Positions 1-18,648 of a DNA stretch of 55,166 bases are shown here, in pieces. This DNA comes from Octopus bimaculoides (taxonomy: Eukaryota). The position numbers were made by a program, and so were the translations under genes. The stretch's first letter is position 1. Each line of letters opens with the position of its first letter. The stretch spans positions 15,172,522 to 15,227,687 of the forward strand of contig NC_068987.1 of NCBI RefSeq assembly GCF_001194135.2, given 5' to 3'. The notes beneath the pieces are model-generated. The model did no database searches and had not been told where the DNA came from. It worked only from the letters and a program-made list of their open reading frames with translations.

Positions 1-227
1 ATGGACAACTGTATGTTGGCTGCTCAAGAGTGGGCAGCAACAAAGAACCTGTTTGTATATGCTCCACAAGGGAAAACAAGGAACATAGTTTACAATGAGG
101 TGTATTAATCACAACAGCAAGAAAGTATGTACATGATCACCTTCTTTTACGAAACTTCATTGACTTTCATATATTTATATTGATATACATATATATATGT
201 GTATTTGGGTGCGTGTGTGTATATACA

Positions 228-318
228 TCTCTATATATAAAGATGATGCGTAGTCTAGACGGCGTTTTTAGATTTCATTATTCTCTTTAACCAGGGCAAC
301 GCCGGGTATTTCTGCTAG
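228..318 (+). mobile_element. Miniature non-autonomous Helitron-like element
   Basis: Inserted between A and T; 5' TCTCTATATATAAAG; 3' GC-rich stretch CCAGGGCAACGCCGGG followed by CTAG. Confidence 0.55.
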
Positions 319-433
319 TATATATATATATACATATATATATAACTACACACCAATGCCTGCATTTAATGGCCCTAAAATTGAATTAATTGCAATGACT
401 GAAATGTTTCCTGAATATAAAAATAATACAAAC

Positions 434-6231
<5,798 letters not shown>

Positions 6232-6638
6232 CTTTCCCTGGAAATGAAGACATATGTTAACTCTTTAGTAGACAGATTACACGGTCAAAAATGTAATGTT
6301 TATTTATTCACACCACTTTGTTCCCCCACTACCAACACCACTTGACAACCAATGTTGGTGTGTTTACATCCCTGTAACTTAGCAGTTCGGCAGAAGAGAC
6401 CAATAGAATAAGCACCGGGCTTACAAAGAATAAGTGCAGGGACTGATTTCTTCAACTAAAAGGTGGTGCCTCAGCATGGCCACAATCAAATGACTGAAAC
6501 AAGTAAAAAAAATAAATAAAAAATAGTAAAACAGATTTATAAATGAAACTCTGGATTGATGCTAGAACAGAAAAACTATGCTCTCTCAACTTATCTTTTA
6601 CCTTACTTTTACTAGTCGAGTTAGATGAAAAAATATTT

Positions 6639-6669
<31 letters not shown>

Positions 6670-6803
6670 CAGCTCCAGCTGGAAGAGGAGAAGCTGCTAA
6701 GTTAAGATGACACAAATGCACCAGCACCACATGTCATGCGGTGGTGAGGTCTGGACACAAAGATACACACACACATGCATACATACATATATATATCAAT
6801 AAG

Positions 6804-6860
<57 letters not shown>

Positions 6861-7179
6861 TTATACATATGCATATATGGGTACAGGATGTCACACGATG
6901 GGCTTCTTTCAGTTTGCATTAAATAAATTCACTCACAAGACTTTGGTCGGCCCTGAGGCTATAGCAGAAGACTTTTGCTCAAGGTACCACGCAGTGAAAC
7001 TGAACCCAGAATCATGTGGTTGAGAAGTAAACTTCTTACCACACAGCCACGCCTGCATCTATTGATGGAGAATCCGGACAGCAATCCCAGTACCTCTCGC
7101 ATATATACAAGTTTTTCCTTTCATGACAGTATGACAATAGTAGCAAAATATGGTACATAAGACCTATTTCCTAACTGAC

Positions 7180-7890
7180 TCATATCAGCTGAGAAGCCTC
7201 AGCAGAAGCAGTAGAAATAGTGGGGAACTGACCAGAATTAACTGGAGGAGTTTATAATAGAAATTTGACAAGAGGGAGGAGGAGGAACTACAGATTTGTA
7301 ACATAGAGAGAGCAACTGGGAATTCCTGCAGGACAGCTTGTTGAGTGCCACCACAGACCAAATCCTGCACCTGGTGCAAAGTCCCATCCAGACCTAGGGT
7401 GATGTGGTGGTGGAGCGATGCTGTAGACAAGGCCATTAAAGTAAAGAAACAGGCCTGGAAGGATTGGAAGCTTTGGGGTAGCAGGGAATTTATCAGATAG
7501 TCAGAAAGGAAGCTAGGAAAAAGGTGTATCTAGTTAGGGGAGAAGTAGAAAAGAAGTTTGCCTATGTTCTGCAATGTGAGGACCAAAGACTTGAAGTGTT
7601 TCGAATTGCAAGACAGTGTGTGAGAGAAGATCGTGATGTCATAGGAAAAAAATGTTTCTGCTTGAAATGGTGGTGCACTTGCATTTAATGATTCTGCAAA
7701 GGAAGGGGCTTGGAAATGACATTATGAAAGGCTGCTAAACGTGGAGAATGAACAGGAGAAGGAGAGTTTGCCAAATGTTGACCCAACTGAGGGACCAGCT
7801 ATCTGAATCAACAATAGCTTAGTAGATAAAGCAATTAAGGGCATGCCCCAGCCCCAGCCCATCAGGAATCACAGCTGAAATTTTAGAAGT
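7180..7890 (+). mobile_element. Degenerate RTE-clade LINE ORF2 fragment
   Basis: Frameshifted peptides WWWSDAVDKAIKVKKQAWKDWK, EVFRIARQCVRE, HYERLLNVENE, LVDKAIKGM, PSGITAEIL; these resemble the endonuclease-RT linker and RT start of RTE LINEs. Confidence 0.75.
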
Positions 7891-8320
7891 ATTATATCAT
7901 AATGGTATCAGTAGAAGTAAATCATGTATTTGATGTGTAAAGCTTTGGTAAGCAAGCAAGCATTAACACAAGGCAGTTAAACAGGCATTGAGTGATTCAG
8001 ATTCACCTTTTACTAACCTGTTAAATTAGCTCGTTTAATATCAATTAATAAAGTAGAGAGACAAACATGAGGATTTACTTACGACAACCTGCATTTAGTT
8101 GTAGGCAGTTATATGTTGTATTCTCTAAAGTTGGAATATTAACTGATGGTAACTGACACAAATAAGCATGGAAAACATAGCTAAACTTGGCAGTAAAACG
8201 TGATGTTTACAAAATAGTATAAATTAAACAGAATGATAATTGATTCTTAATGACCTTAATGAGACAGTGAAACGATGATGATGAGTGAAATTTTTCTTCT
8301 CACATGATTATGTGTAATTA

Positions 8321-9587
8321 TCAGGTCATCCTATAAGTTCTGTCCAATTTAACCTTTTTTAAAATTGAGTCAAATTTAATAGTATTTTAGAACGTCTAAT
8401 GGAATTAAAAATTATTTTTATGCATTTGTGTACATTTAAACTATCCAAATATTATTTTACAGAATAATAGAATTAAAATTATTTTGATTAAAACCCTTTC
8501 TAACATGGAAGTATTCAAAGAGCATTTAAGGCACATAATGCTTTATGAGTACAAAAAAGGAAACTCTGCAGCCAAAGCAACTTGAAACATACATTCAGTT
8601 TATGGGAAAGAATGCTTGAATGAAAGAACTTGCAGAAGATAGTTTGCAAAATTCAGAAGTGGAGATTTCAGCCTTGAAGATGAAGATTGAACAGGACATC
8701 CAGTTGAGTTTGATGATAAGCTCCTTGAGGCATTACTTGAAGAAAATCCTGCATTATCAGTTGAGGAATTGGGAATAAAGCTTAGTTCAAACCATACAAC
8801 TGTTCATCATCATCTTCAACAACTTGGAAAGGTTCCTAAACTTGGAAAATGGGTGCCTCATGAATTGTCCGAAAACAACCGCAAATCCAGAGTTGACATC
8901 TGCTCTNNNNNNNNNNNNNNNNNNNNNNNNNNNNNNNNNNNNNNNNNNNNNNNNNNNNNNNNNNNNNNNNNNNNNNNNNNNNNNNNNNNNNNNNNNNNNN
9001 NNNNNNNNNNNNNNNNNNNNNNNNNNNNNNNNNNNNNNNNNNNNNNNNNNNNNNNNNNNNNNNNNNNNNNNNNNNNNNNNNNNNNNNNNNNNNNNNNNNN
9101 NNNNNNNNNNNNNNNNNNNNNNNNNNNNNNNNNNNNNNNNNNNNNNNNNNNNNNNNNNNNNNNNNNNNNNNNNNNNNNNNNNNNNNNNNNNNNNNNNNNN
9201 NNNNNNNNNNNNNNNNNNNNNNNNNNNNNNNNNNNNNNNNNNGATCACATCACAGAAGATCGAAGAGCTTGGTTGGGAAAAAATTCCTCATCCACCTTAT
9301 TTTCCCGACCTTGCTCCTTCAGACTACCATTTGTTTCATAGTTTACAGAATCATTTGGGGGACACAACTTTCGCAAGCCAGAAGAGGTCGAAACTGACAT
9401 TTCAGAGTTCTTCGCTTTGAAACCGAAAGAGTTTTACATTGATGTGATTAAAAAACTTGTAAATAAATGAAAGGAAGTCATAGATAATCAGGAAAAGTAC
9501 ATTGATGATTAAATTTCAATTAAATATAACGTTTGATCACTTGTTTTCTTTATTCAAAATTCAGACAAAACTTATGGGATGACCTGA
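8321..9587 (+). mobile_element. Mariner transposon, defective (spans N-gap 8907-9242)
   Basis: TIRs TCAGGTCATCCTATAAGTT / AACTTATGGGATGACCTGA with TA TSDs. Transposase from ATG 8506 has stops; motifs WVPHEL and PHPPYFPDLAPSDYHLF. Confidence 0.93.
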
Positions 9588-10728
9588 TATATCAGTAATT
9601 ATGTCAGTTATCAAGAACTGAAATTTATACAGGTCCAGCTGGTTAAACATTAAGAGTACAAGATTAGTTAGTAGCATTATGCCTGACATGAAGTTACCAG
9701 TGTACTAAAAGATAATCACAAAGAATCAAGGTTTTCTGTTATTTTTGGGGAGGAGGGGGCCAATTTATGTATGTTTCTCTTTTCATACCACTAATGTTAT
9801 CCAAAAGAAAGGCCTTCATTTTAAGGCTGATACAACTTGGCACCAGTACCACCACAGACGTTGCTATCAGAGCACCAAGAACCAGAGCAGATACTACAAA
9901 GCATCTAGTCTGATGCTCTAATAGTTCCACCAATTCATTCCCTTATATTGATCCTTTCTTATCATTGACCTTAAAAAGACAAAAGTAAAGTTGACACCAG
10001 TGACATCTGAATACAGAATGCAAAGAGTCAGAAGAAATACTGCAAAGTATTCTATCCAAAGCTCTATCAACTCTACCAATAAAAACATAAAAGAAATAAA
10101 AATACACATAGATCATATTTTGATTCTTAAAAATAGCCAATTTAAATTGACTAATTTTGGAAATATCGTATGATCCAATACTGGACAAAATCATTAATAA
10201 AATAGAAAGTTAAGTCCTGAGCAAACTGCTCCAACTAGAAAGACTCTATAAGAATATTAAACATGGATTACTCTGGAGAATTGCATCTTTTGCAACAATG
10301 GCCTTATTGTTTGGTCAGAAGTATCCAGAAAGAAAATCGTTAAACCATGACATATTTATTGTGACATTACTATTTCGTGCATTCACCTGAAGCTTGTAGT
10401 AATATTAAGTAAAAGGAATACAGCCAATTTTCTGTAATTGACAACACATTATCGTAAAGATATTTTGGAATGTTGTTTGGCAGTAAATCTTTGAGCACAC
10501 TTGTTCCAAAAGAAAATTACTTATAATGGCTGTTTTATGGTTGAGCTCTTTCTATTGGGGAACTCAAATAACCTTTGACAATCATCCTTTCGGGGTCGAT
10601 AAAATAAGAATGGAGATAAAGAATACGTACGCCACCCATTTTCGGCGTAGCAAAAACCCTAACCCTAAACCCTAAACACGTATTTTTTAATCTCTGAGTG
10701 CTGGAGTCGATGTAATCTACTTATACCC

Positions 10729-10903
10729 GGTAAATTTTCAGATTAACACCTGCACGATTTTCACTAGGGTGTTAGGGTTAGGGTTAGTTTTAGGGTTACA
10801 GTTAGGGTTTCAGGGTTAGGGAATTCTGTCCATAACCCTAACCCCTAACCCTAACCCTAACACCCTAGTGAAAATCGTGCGGGTGTTAATCTGAAAATTT
10901 ACC
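10729..10903. mobile_element. Merlin-like MITE with internal inverted TTAGGG arrays
   Basis: ~45-nt TIRs starting GGTAAATTTTCAGATTAACAC; 8-bp TSD TTATACCC/TTATGCCC; sits in a SINE remnant. Confidence 0.75.
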
Positions 10904-12506
10904 TTATGCCCTCCTACGAAATTGCTAGCCTTGTGCAAGAATTTGAAATCAATATTTTTAGCACACTGGACGAAATGCTTAGCGGTATTTCGACCATCTT
11001 TACGTTCTGAGTTCAAGTCCCACCGAGGTTCACTTTGCCTTTCATCTTCTTTGGGTCAATAAAATAAAAAGCAGTTGAGCACTGAGATCGTTGTGATCGA
11101 CCAAATCTCTTCCCTCCAAATTTCAGGCTTTGTGTCTATAGTAGAAAGGATTAATTTCTAAAGAAAATGAAAACAATTCTTATCAGTCATACAAAACNNN
11201 NNNNNNNNNNNNNNNNNNNNNNNNNNNNNNNNNNNNNNNNNNNNNNNNNNNNNNNNNNNNNNNNNNNNNNNNNNNNNNNNNNNNNNNNNNNNNNNNNNNN
11301 NNNNNNNNNNNNNNNNNNNNNNNNNNNNNNNNNNNNNNNNNNNNNNNNNNNNNNNNNNNNNNNNNNNNNNNNNNNNNNNNNNNNNNNNNNNNNNNNNNNN
11401 NNNNNNNNNNNNNNNNNNNNNNNNNNNNNNNNNNNNNNNNNNNNNNNNNNNNNNNNNNNNNNNNNNNNNNNNNNNNNNNNNNNNNNNNNNNNNNNNNNNN
11501 NNNNNNNNNNNNNNNNNNNNNNNNNNNNNNNNNNNNNNNNNNNNNNNNNNNNNNNNNNNNNNNNNNNNNNNNNNNNNNNNNNNNNNNNNNNNNNNNNNNN
11601 NNNNNNNNNNNNNNNNNNNNNNNNNNNNNNNGCACGATTTTCACTAGGGTGTTAGGGTTAGGGTTTTAGGGTTAGTGTTAGGGTTATGGGTTAGTGTTGA
11701 GGATAAAAAGTCAAAATTGAAGAAGTTGGAGGAAAAGGTGGGGAAAAATTTCACAATGCCGATTTTTGGCAATTTTCCTGAACCTCCGTATCCGAAAATG
11801 GGGATTTTTGGCATAAAAAAAAATTTTTAAATAAACAAAATTGAGATAAAATTGGGGGGGGGGGGCGGAAGTCTTTGCGAGAAAGATACATAAAGTGAAA
11901 CGAAGAGGGACGGGGTGCCAAAGAATAAAAGAGAGCGAGAGAAAGAAATAAACACACAAACATTTAAACAAAGAGTCGACTTCTATTTCTAGCTGGTCAA
12001 GCCCTCCTTTATAGCTTATTTTTCTTCTGTCCTTTCGTAGAAAGATTGCCTAAAATTTTGGTAACAAAATGAACAAAAGTGAAGGGATAAACATGAAAAC
12101 CAAGCCGTCATCGACCACTTTGACATACTTAACAAGGGCGTCGTATAGATCCTATTGATACAGTCTATATTCGGCAGTTTACTTTTCTTTCATTTTCCCG
12201 TAAAATTAGACATTTTAGTATAAACATCCTTTTTCTGGGTAAAAAAAAATTAGTTTAAAAGAGAAAAACAAAACGAAACCTTCGACCTCTAGGACGCACG
12301 GTATATTTTCCAGACATATTTTTTGGAATAGCGTCCTCGACGCCTGGAAAATACAGCACGCACGCACACAGACAGACAGACACATATACATATGTAAGTA
12401 TGTATGTTATTATTTTTTTTTAGCTTAATTTGAGTTCTTGAGAGATTTCAAACTGGTTGCTAACAAAGGCGAGTCGATGTATACACCGAAGTGTATGCAT
12501 CTATTC

Positions 12507-12694
12507 CAGGGGTCTCCAAAGTAGTCGATATCGACCCCTTAGGGGTCATTGGGACTATTCAAGAGGTCGATAAATGCACATCTACTTAATTATAATTATT
12601 TATTTATTTATTTTCTTGTACATGCCTGGGGGTCGATCAGGAGTCAAGGATTCCATTAAGGGGGTCAATGGTCTAAAAAGTTTGGGGACCCCTG
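12507..12694. mobile_element. hAT-type MITE
   Basis: TIR CAGGGGTCTCCAAA / TTTGGGGACCCCTG; perfect 8-bp TSD ATCTATTC. Confidence 0.85.
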
Positions 12695-12763
12695 ATCTAT
12701 TCACATAAAAAACTCACATGGAAAATTTTTAGAATGTCTTAGAAATTCTCAGTTCCACTAATA

Positions 12764-13477
12764 CAGGGTGTCCACAAAGTCTGGGTACGTGGAGTAAATA
12801 AAATAATATCATAAACAATTAAATATGAGAAATAATGGATCTATTTTAAAATGGGGGCGCCAGTTTTCATTTATGTTTTATGTAGTGTTTTTGGTACGGA
12901 AAGACTTTCAAACTTCGTATACTTATCTATTTTGTGTTATAGAACAGAAAAATATTTTTGTATTCGAATTTATTTCATGTAAAAAATTGTCTTATTTCGA
13001 TAATTTCTACTAATCACTGACGTCTATTCAGTTGAAAACAGTTAGCGCTGTAACGGTGTATATCGTATTAATCCCCTAACCCTAACCAGACTGTTAACCG
13101 TAACCCTAACCCTAACTCTAGAATCCGAACTCTAAAATTGTTACACACATAGATACGCACAGCGTAATTTACTATATNNNNNNNNNNNNNNNNNNNNNNN
13201 NNNNNNNNNNNNNNNNNNNNNNNNNNNNNNNAGATGTTTTATATGACACATTCTACCAGTGTCCCAAGTTTCAAAGTGTTTCGTTAGTGTTTCGTTAAGA
13301 AAATACTGGCACCCCCGTTTTAAAATAGATCCGAAATAATAATTTCTTAAAGTATGTGTTAATCCCCATGTGGGTACATGGTGTAAATAAAATCATACCA
13401 TAAACAATTAAATATAAGAAATAATAATTTCTTAAAGTATGTTAATCCCCATTAACCCAGACTTTGTGGACACCCTG
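12764..13477. mobile_element. Tc1/mariner-type MITE (CAGGGTGTCCACAAAGTCTGGGT TIR) carrying a nested insertion
   Basis: TA TSDs; same family as 18649-18861; interrupted by 12837-13332. Confidence 0.85.
12837..13332. mobile_element. GG-ended (Merlin-like) MITE nested in the Tc1-type MITE
   Basis: ~28-nt TIR GGATCTATTTTAAAATGGGGGCGCCAG; perfect 8-bp TSD GAAATAAT; internal CCCTAA repeats; contains N-gap 13178-13231; second copy begins ~19727. Confidence 0.75.
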
Positions 13478-13950
13478 TAGATTGGATTTAGAGGATCCGC
13501 GTGCGGGCGGGCGTGTGTATGTTTCTCTTATGCTTTTAATTATTTAAATTCTTCATTTGAAGAAGGAGCTGGTTACTAACAAAAATACAAAGTTCCATCG
13601 TTGGAATGTAGATAACGTACACAATGTCACATTTTAAACTTGAGAAAAAAAGTCTCGGATAGTTTTACTGATCCAGTGAAAATCCAAGCTTCTCCAGACT
13701 GACAGATAAATAGGTTAGTGTTTACGTTAACATCCGGCCACCGAAACAAAAACAAATATGTGTAAAAGGTGGGGGGGAAAAAGTGCATTAAATGAATATG
13801 AAAACAAAAATTTGCGCCAACGAATCGGGAAATGGGGAGAGGACTTTCGAAAAAGTCCCAAGATCCGATTTTTTCCCTCATAACTTTTAGGAAAATAGAT
13901 ATCTTTGGTTAATGATATCGGTTAGCCGGGTCAAGATGTAAACATTAAAC

Positions 13951-14130
13951 GGTAATTTTTCAGATTAACACACGCACGATCTTCACTAGGGGGTTAGTTT
14001 TAGTTTTAGGGTTAGGGTTACAGTTACGGTTAGGGCCGGAATTCCCTAACCCAAACCCTAAAACTCTAACCGTAACCCTAACCCTAACACCCTAGTGAAA
14101 ATCGTGCGGGTGTTAATCTAAAAATTTACC
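13951..14130. mobile_element. Second copy of the TTAGGG-bearing Merlin-like MITE
   Basis: Same TIRs; 8-bp TSD CATTAAAC/CATTAACC. Confidence 0.75.
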
Positions 14131-16342
14131 CATTAACCATATCTTTGTAAGCCTAGTACTTATTCTATCGGTCACTTTTTGGCCGAGCCGTTAAGTTACG
14201 GGCACGTAAACACACCAACATCGGTTGTCAAGCGATGTTGGGGGGACAAACATAGACACACAAACATATATATATACGACGGGCTTCTTTCAGTTTCTGT
14301 CTACTAAATCCACTCACAAGGCTTTGGTCGGCCCGAGACTATAGTAGAAGACACTTGCTCAAGGTGCCACGCAGTGGGACTGAACCTAGAACCATGTGGT
14401 TGGTAAGCAAGTTACTTACTACATTGCCACTCCTGCGCCTATAGCAAATATTTTTTTTACCAGCAGCGTAGTGACGGATGACGATCACTAGTAATACTTA
14501 AATTATTACGGTGTAATTATTAAAATTACATGCTCTGGCTATACCTACCTACCAAATGACTGAAGCTAGTAAAAGAGAGTTAAAAGAGTAATCATGTACG
14601 TACCTTCAAAAATTATTCAAAGCGTGTCTTTTGTGAGTGTTTTGCATTGTCAATACCTGACAAACTTGTATTTTCCCGCGCTTTTAATAAAAGTTTAGAG
14701 AGTAACTTTCTTTCGTTAACATAGGCGTAGGAGTGGCTGTGTGGTAAGCTTGCTTACGAACTACGTGGTTCCGGGTTCAGTCCCACTGCGTGGCAACTTG
14801 AGCAAGTGTCTTCTACTATAGCTTCGGGTCGACCAAAGCCTTGAGTGGATTTGGTGGACGAAAACTGAAAGAAGCCCGTCGTATATATGTATATATATGT
14901 ATGTGTGTGTATATGTTTGTGTGTCTGTGTTTGTTTCCCCCCTCCCAACATCGGGAGAGTGGGGAGAGGACCTTGGAAAATTCACAAGATCCGAGTTTTT
15001 CCCTCATAACTGTATATATATATGTGTGTGTGTATGTGTATATATATATATATATATATATACATATGTGTGTGTGTGTATATGTATGTATATAGATGTA
15101 TGTGTATAATATATGTATATATATAATATATGTATCTATCTAGTACTTATTCTATATTCTAATATATGTATCTATCTAGAACTTATTCTATCGGACTCTT
15201 CTGCCGAACCGCTAAGTTACGGAGACGATGACAAGTTCTGCGGGAGTTGGCGAGGAGGAGCCGAGCAACAAGGAAGAGGGGGACATGACAGAGGAGGGAG
15301 TCGGGGACCACTGGGAGATAGCAGAAAGGAGAAGGAAAAAAGGAGAAAAATGAAGCATATTGTTGCTGCTGATCCCCATCCTATCTCCACCCTGCCCCAA
15401 CCCGGTCCCACCCTACCCCACGCAACCATACATGAACACAAATACTGCACACACACAGAAGCCAAAAGTCCCCCCCCCTCTGCTCCACCCCGAGAAAAGC
15501 GTGTTTTTAGAACAGAAGTAAAAAAAAACGATCACTAAGGTGGACAATTCAGACAGTGAGGAGGTACAATCACATAGGAGATACACCGTGGCAGCAGAGG
15601 AAAGCCTTGTTAAACTGAGGGAAAAGTTGAAAACTATCAGCTAAGGTAACGAAAAGATTATTCAAAAGACTTAATACTGTTATTTTAAAAGACTTATTCA
15701 AAAGACTTTATTAATATGTCATCTTCTATGTTGTTTTTTAAAATAATGTTAATTATAAGTGTGTAAAAAGTAAATGAAGTCCTTCGGGGAGGGGTTCGAA
15801 TGGCTTCGTTCCATTTCATTATTCATTTTTTTCATTTTTCCCATTCGTTTGTCTTTTCTCGTCCCCACTTAAATGTTTGTATTTATCTCTGTGTTTAGTA
15901 CCTTGTATGTAATAAAGAAATAGTTGTTACAATCATCTGTGACCGAGTTGATCGTGAATTTTGTTTGTGCAAAAGGTTAGTTAAAGTTGTATTTGTTATT
16001 TGTTGTGTCTTAAGACACTTGATTTTTCTGTCTTACGGCAGTTTTGTTAACGCTTTCCCCCTTGTTTGAAAGGGGAAGCGCTGAAGAGAATTAGCTACTC
16101 AGACCTGTCGTCGTCTGAGGAAGAGCTGGTGAGATGTCTAGATGAAATAGATAGAGAGACAGAAAGGAGGAGTTTCGCAGAAACGGTGAGACGGCAGTCT
16201 GAAGATTTGTGTTTGAAGGGAATTGAAAGATTCCAAGAAATGACAAAAAGGGAGGGGAACAATGTCAAACTATCCCCTCCCAAGGAAACTACCGAAAGGA
16301 CAGCCAAAAGAACATACAACGTAAGACTGCATCGGATAGAGG

Positions 16343-17450
16343 AGAACTCTGAAATGTCAGTTTCGACCTCCTCCTGGTTTGCGAAAGTTATGTCCCCCAA
16401 ATGATTCTGTAAACTACGAAACAAATGATAGTCTGAAGGAGCAAGGTCGGGAAAATAAGGTGGATGAGGAATTTTTTCCCAACCAAGCTCTTCGATCTTC
16501 TGTGATGTGATCTTTGCAGTGTGGGGTCGGGCATTGTCCTAATGAAACATCACTTCCTTTCGATTCACTAAAGCGGGTCTTTTTTTCTTCAAAGCTTGGT
16601 TCAAATGCTCTAATTGATGACAGTAGAATTAAGCATTGATTGTTGCATTAGGTGGTGACAATTCAAAGTGAATTACTCCTTTGCAATCCCACCAGATAGA
16701 GAGAAGAACCTTCTTCCCATGAAGTTCCCTTCTCGGTTGTGGTTGAGCTGTTTCCCTTTTACCAAGCCACTGTTTACGACATTTAACATTTCGATAGAAG
16801 ATCCATTTTTCGTTACCAGTCACAAGTCTATCCAAAAAGGGTGAAATGAGTTCACGAGAATGGAGAGAAGAGCAGATGTCAACTCGGGATTTGCGGTTGC
16901 TTTAGGACAATTCATGAGGCACCCATTTTTCAAGTTTAGGAAACTTTCCAAGTTGTTGAAGATGACGATGAACAGTTGTATGGTTTGCCAATTCTTCAAC
17001 TGATAATGTAGGATTTTCTTCAAGTAATGCCTCAAGGAGCTTATCATCAAACTCAACTGGACGTCCTGTTCGATCTTCATCATCAAGGCTGAAAGCTCCA
17101 CTTCTGAATTTTGCAAACCATCTTCTGCAAGTTCTTTCATTCAAGCATTCTCTCCCATAAAGGGGAAAGTATGTTTCGAGTCGCTTCGGCTGCAGAATTA
17201 CCTTTCTTTGTACTCATGAAGCATTATGTGCCTCAAATGCTCTTTGGATACTTCCATGTTAGAAAGGGAAACCCTTTCTAACATGGAAGTATTTTAATTC
17301 TATTATTCTGTGAAGTAATATTTAATTAGTTTAAATGTACACTAATGCATAAAAATATTTTTTTAATTCCATTAGACATTCTAAAATACTATTAAATTTC
17401 ATTCAATTTTAAAGAAGGTAAAATTGGACAGAACTTATCCGATGACCTGA
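16343..17450 (-). mobile_element. Mariner, same family as 8321-9587, 3'-truncated
   Basis: 5' TIR TCAGGTCATCGGATAAGTTCTGTCC with TA at 17451-17452; WVPHEL, NEKW and DLAPSDYHL motifs; broken ORF; no 3' TIR. Confidence 0.92.
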
Positions 17451-17625
17451 TAAGTTTGTAAAAAAGAAAATTTTTAAGTGTAAATGAAGTCAAGTGGCTT
17501 CGTTCTATTTCATTATTCATTTTTCTCATTCGTTTGTCTTTTTTTTTTTTTTTTTCGTCCCCACTTATATGTTTGTATTTGTCCCTTTGGGGGTAAAAAA
17601 GAAATCGTTGTTACAATCATCTGAA

Positions 17626-18642
17626 ATGGAACTGTCAAAGCGTGATATTAGAGCAATTTTGCTATTCAACTTCAGAAAAGGACGTAAAGCAACTAAAACT
17701 GCTCGCGATATCAACGAAACGTTTTGTGAGGAAATGACCAGTGAGTGGTCAGCTCGAAAATGGTTTAAACGATTTCGCAGAGGAGACCTGAACCTTGAAG
17801 ATCGTGAGCATTGAGAAAGATCCACGTAAAACCACTCGAGAACTGACAAAAGAACTTCAAGATAGGCAGAAAACTATCTGCAGCTATTTGCATGCGATCG
17901 GAAAATCAAAAAAGCTCGATAAATGGGTACCACACGATTTGAATGAAAATCAAGAAATGCGCAGATATGAAATTTGCTCGTTGCTTCTTCTCTGTAACCA
18001 GACCAATCCATTTTTCGATGAAAAGTGGATTTTGTACAACAGTAAAAAACTTTCTTCGCGGTGGTTGGACCAAAACGAAGCACCGAAAACCTTCCCTAAA
18101 CCCGAGCTCTTCAAAAAGAAGGTTATGGTAACTGTTTGGTGGTGTACCGCTGAACTCGTCCACTATAACTTCTTAAAACCCGGGAAAACCATTACTGCTG
18201 AAACATATTGCCATGAAATTGCCAAAATGAACGAAAAACTGGTACTCCTCCGACCCAGACTAATCAACAGACTACGGCCAATCATTCTTCATGACAATGT
18301 TTGACCACACGTTTCACTAACGACGCTCCAGAAGTTGATGGAACTTGGCTACGAAGTTCTTCCCCACCCAACTTATTGCCCAGACCTTTCTCCTACCGAC
18401 TACCACTTTTTCAAGCATCTTGATGGTTTCCTGTGTGAGATGGAGTTCAAAAATCAAACCGATGCTGAAAGTGCATTGAAAGAGTTCATCACCTCCAGAA
18501 CCCCAGATTTTTATGTTACCAAAATTATCAAACTTGTAACTCGTTGGCAAAAATGTGCTGATGAATAAAATTTCCGCATTGTTGAAATATATTGTGATGA
18601 ATTTCATGTTTCAAAACGTTGCTTACTTTTTACTAAGCCTGA
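17626..18642 (+). mobile_element. Mariner (second family), defective, 5' TIR missing
   Basis: MELSKRDIRAILLFNF..., WVPHDL, DEKW, HDNV*PH, YCPDLSPTDYHFF; right end ...TACTAAGCCTGA followed by TA. Confidence 0.92.
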
Positions 18643-18648
18643 TATATA

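Noticed and set aside
9739-10580. Hydrophobic 64-aa ORF and a nearby CIFC-containing frame
   Set aside because: No recognisable family or splice structure, and stops nearby; possibly old TE debris, but unsupported.
10650-14130. True telomere or chromosome-fusion site suggested by head-to-head TTAGGG/CCCTAA
   Set aside because: The arrays are short, degenerate and enclosed by TIRs and TSDs in repeated copies, so they are transposon-borne.
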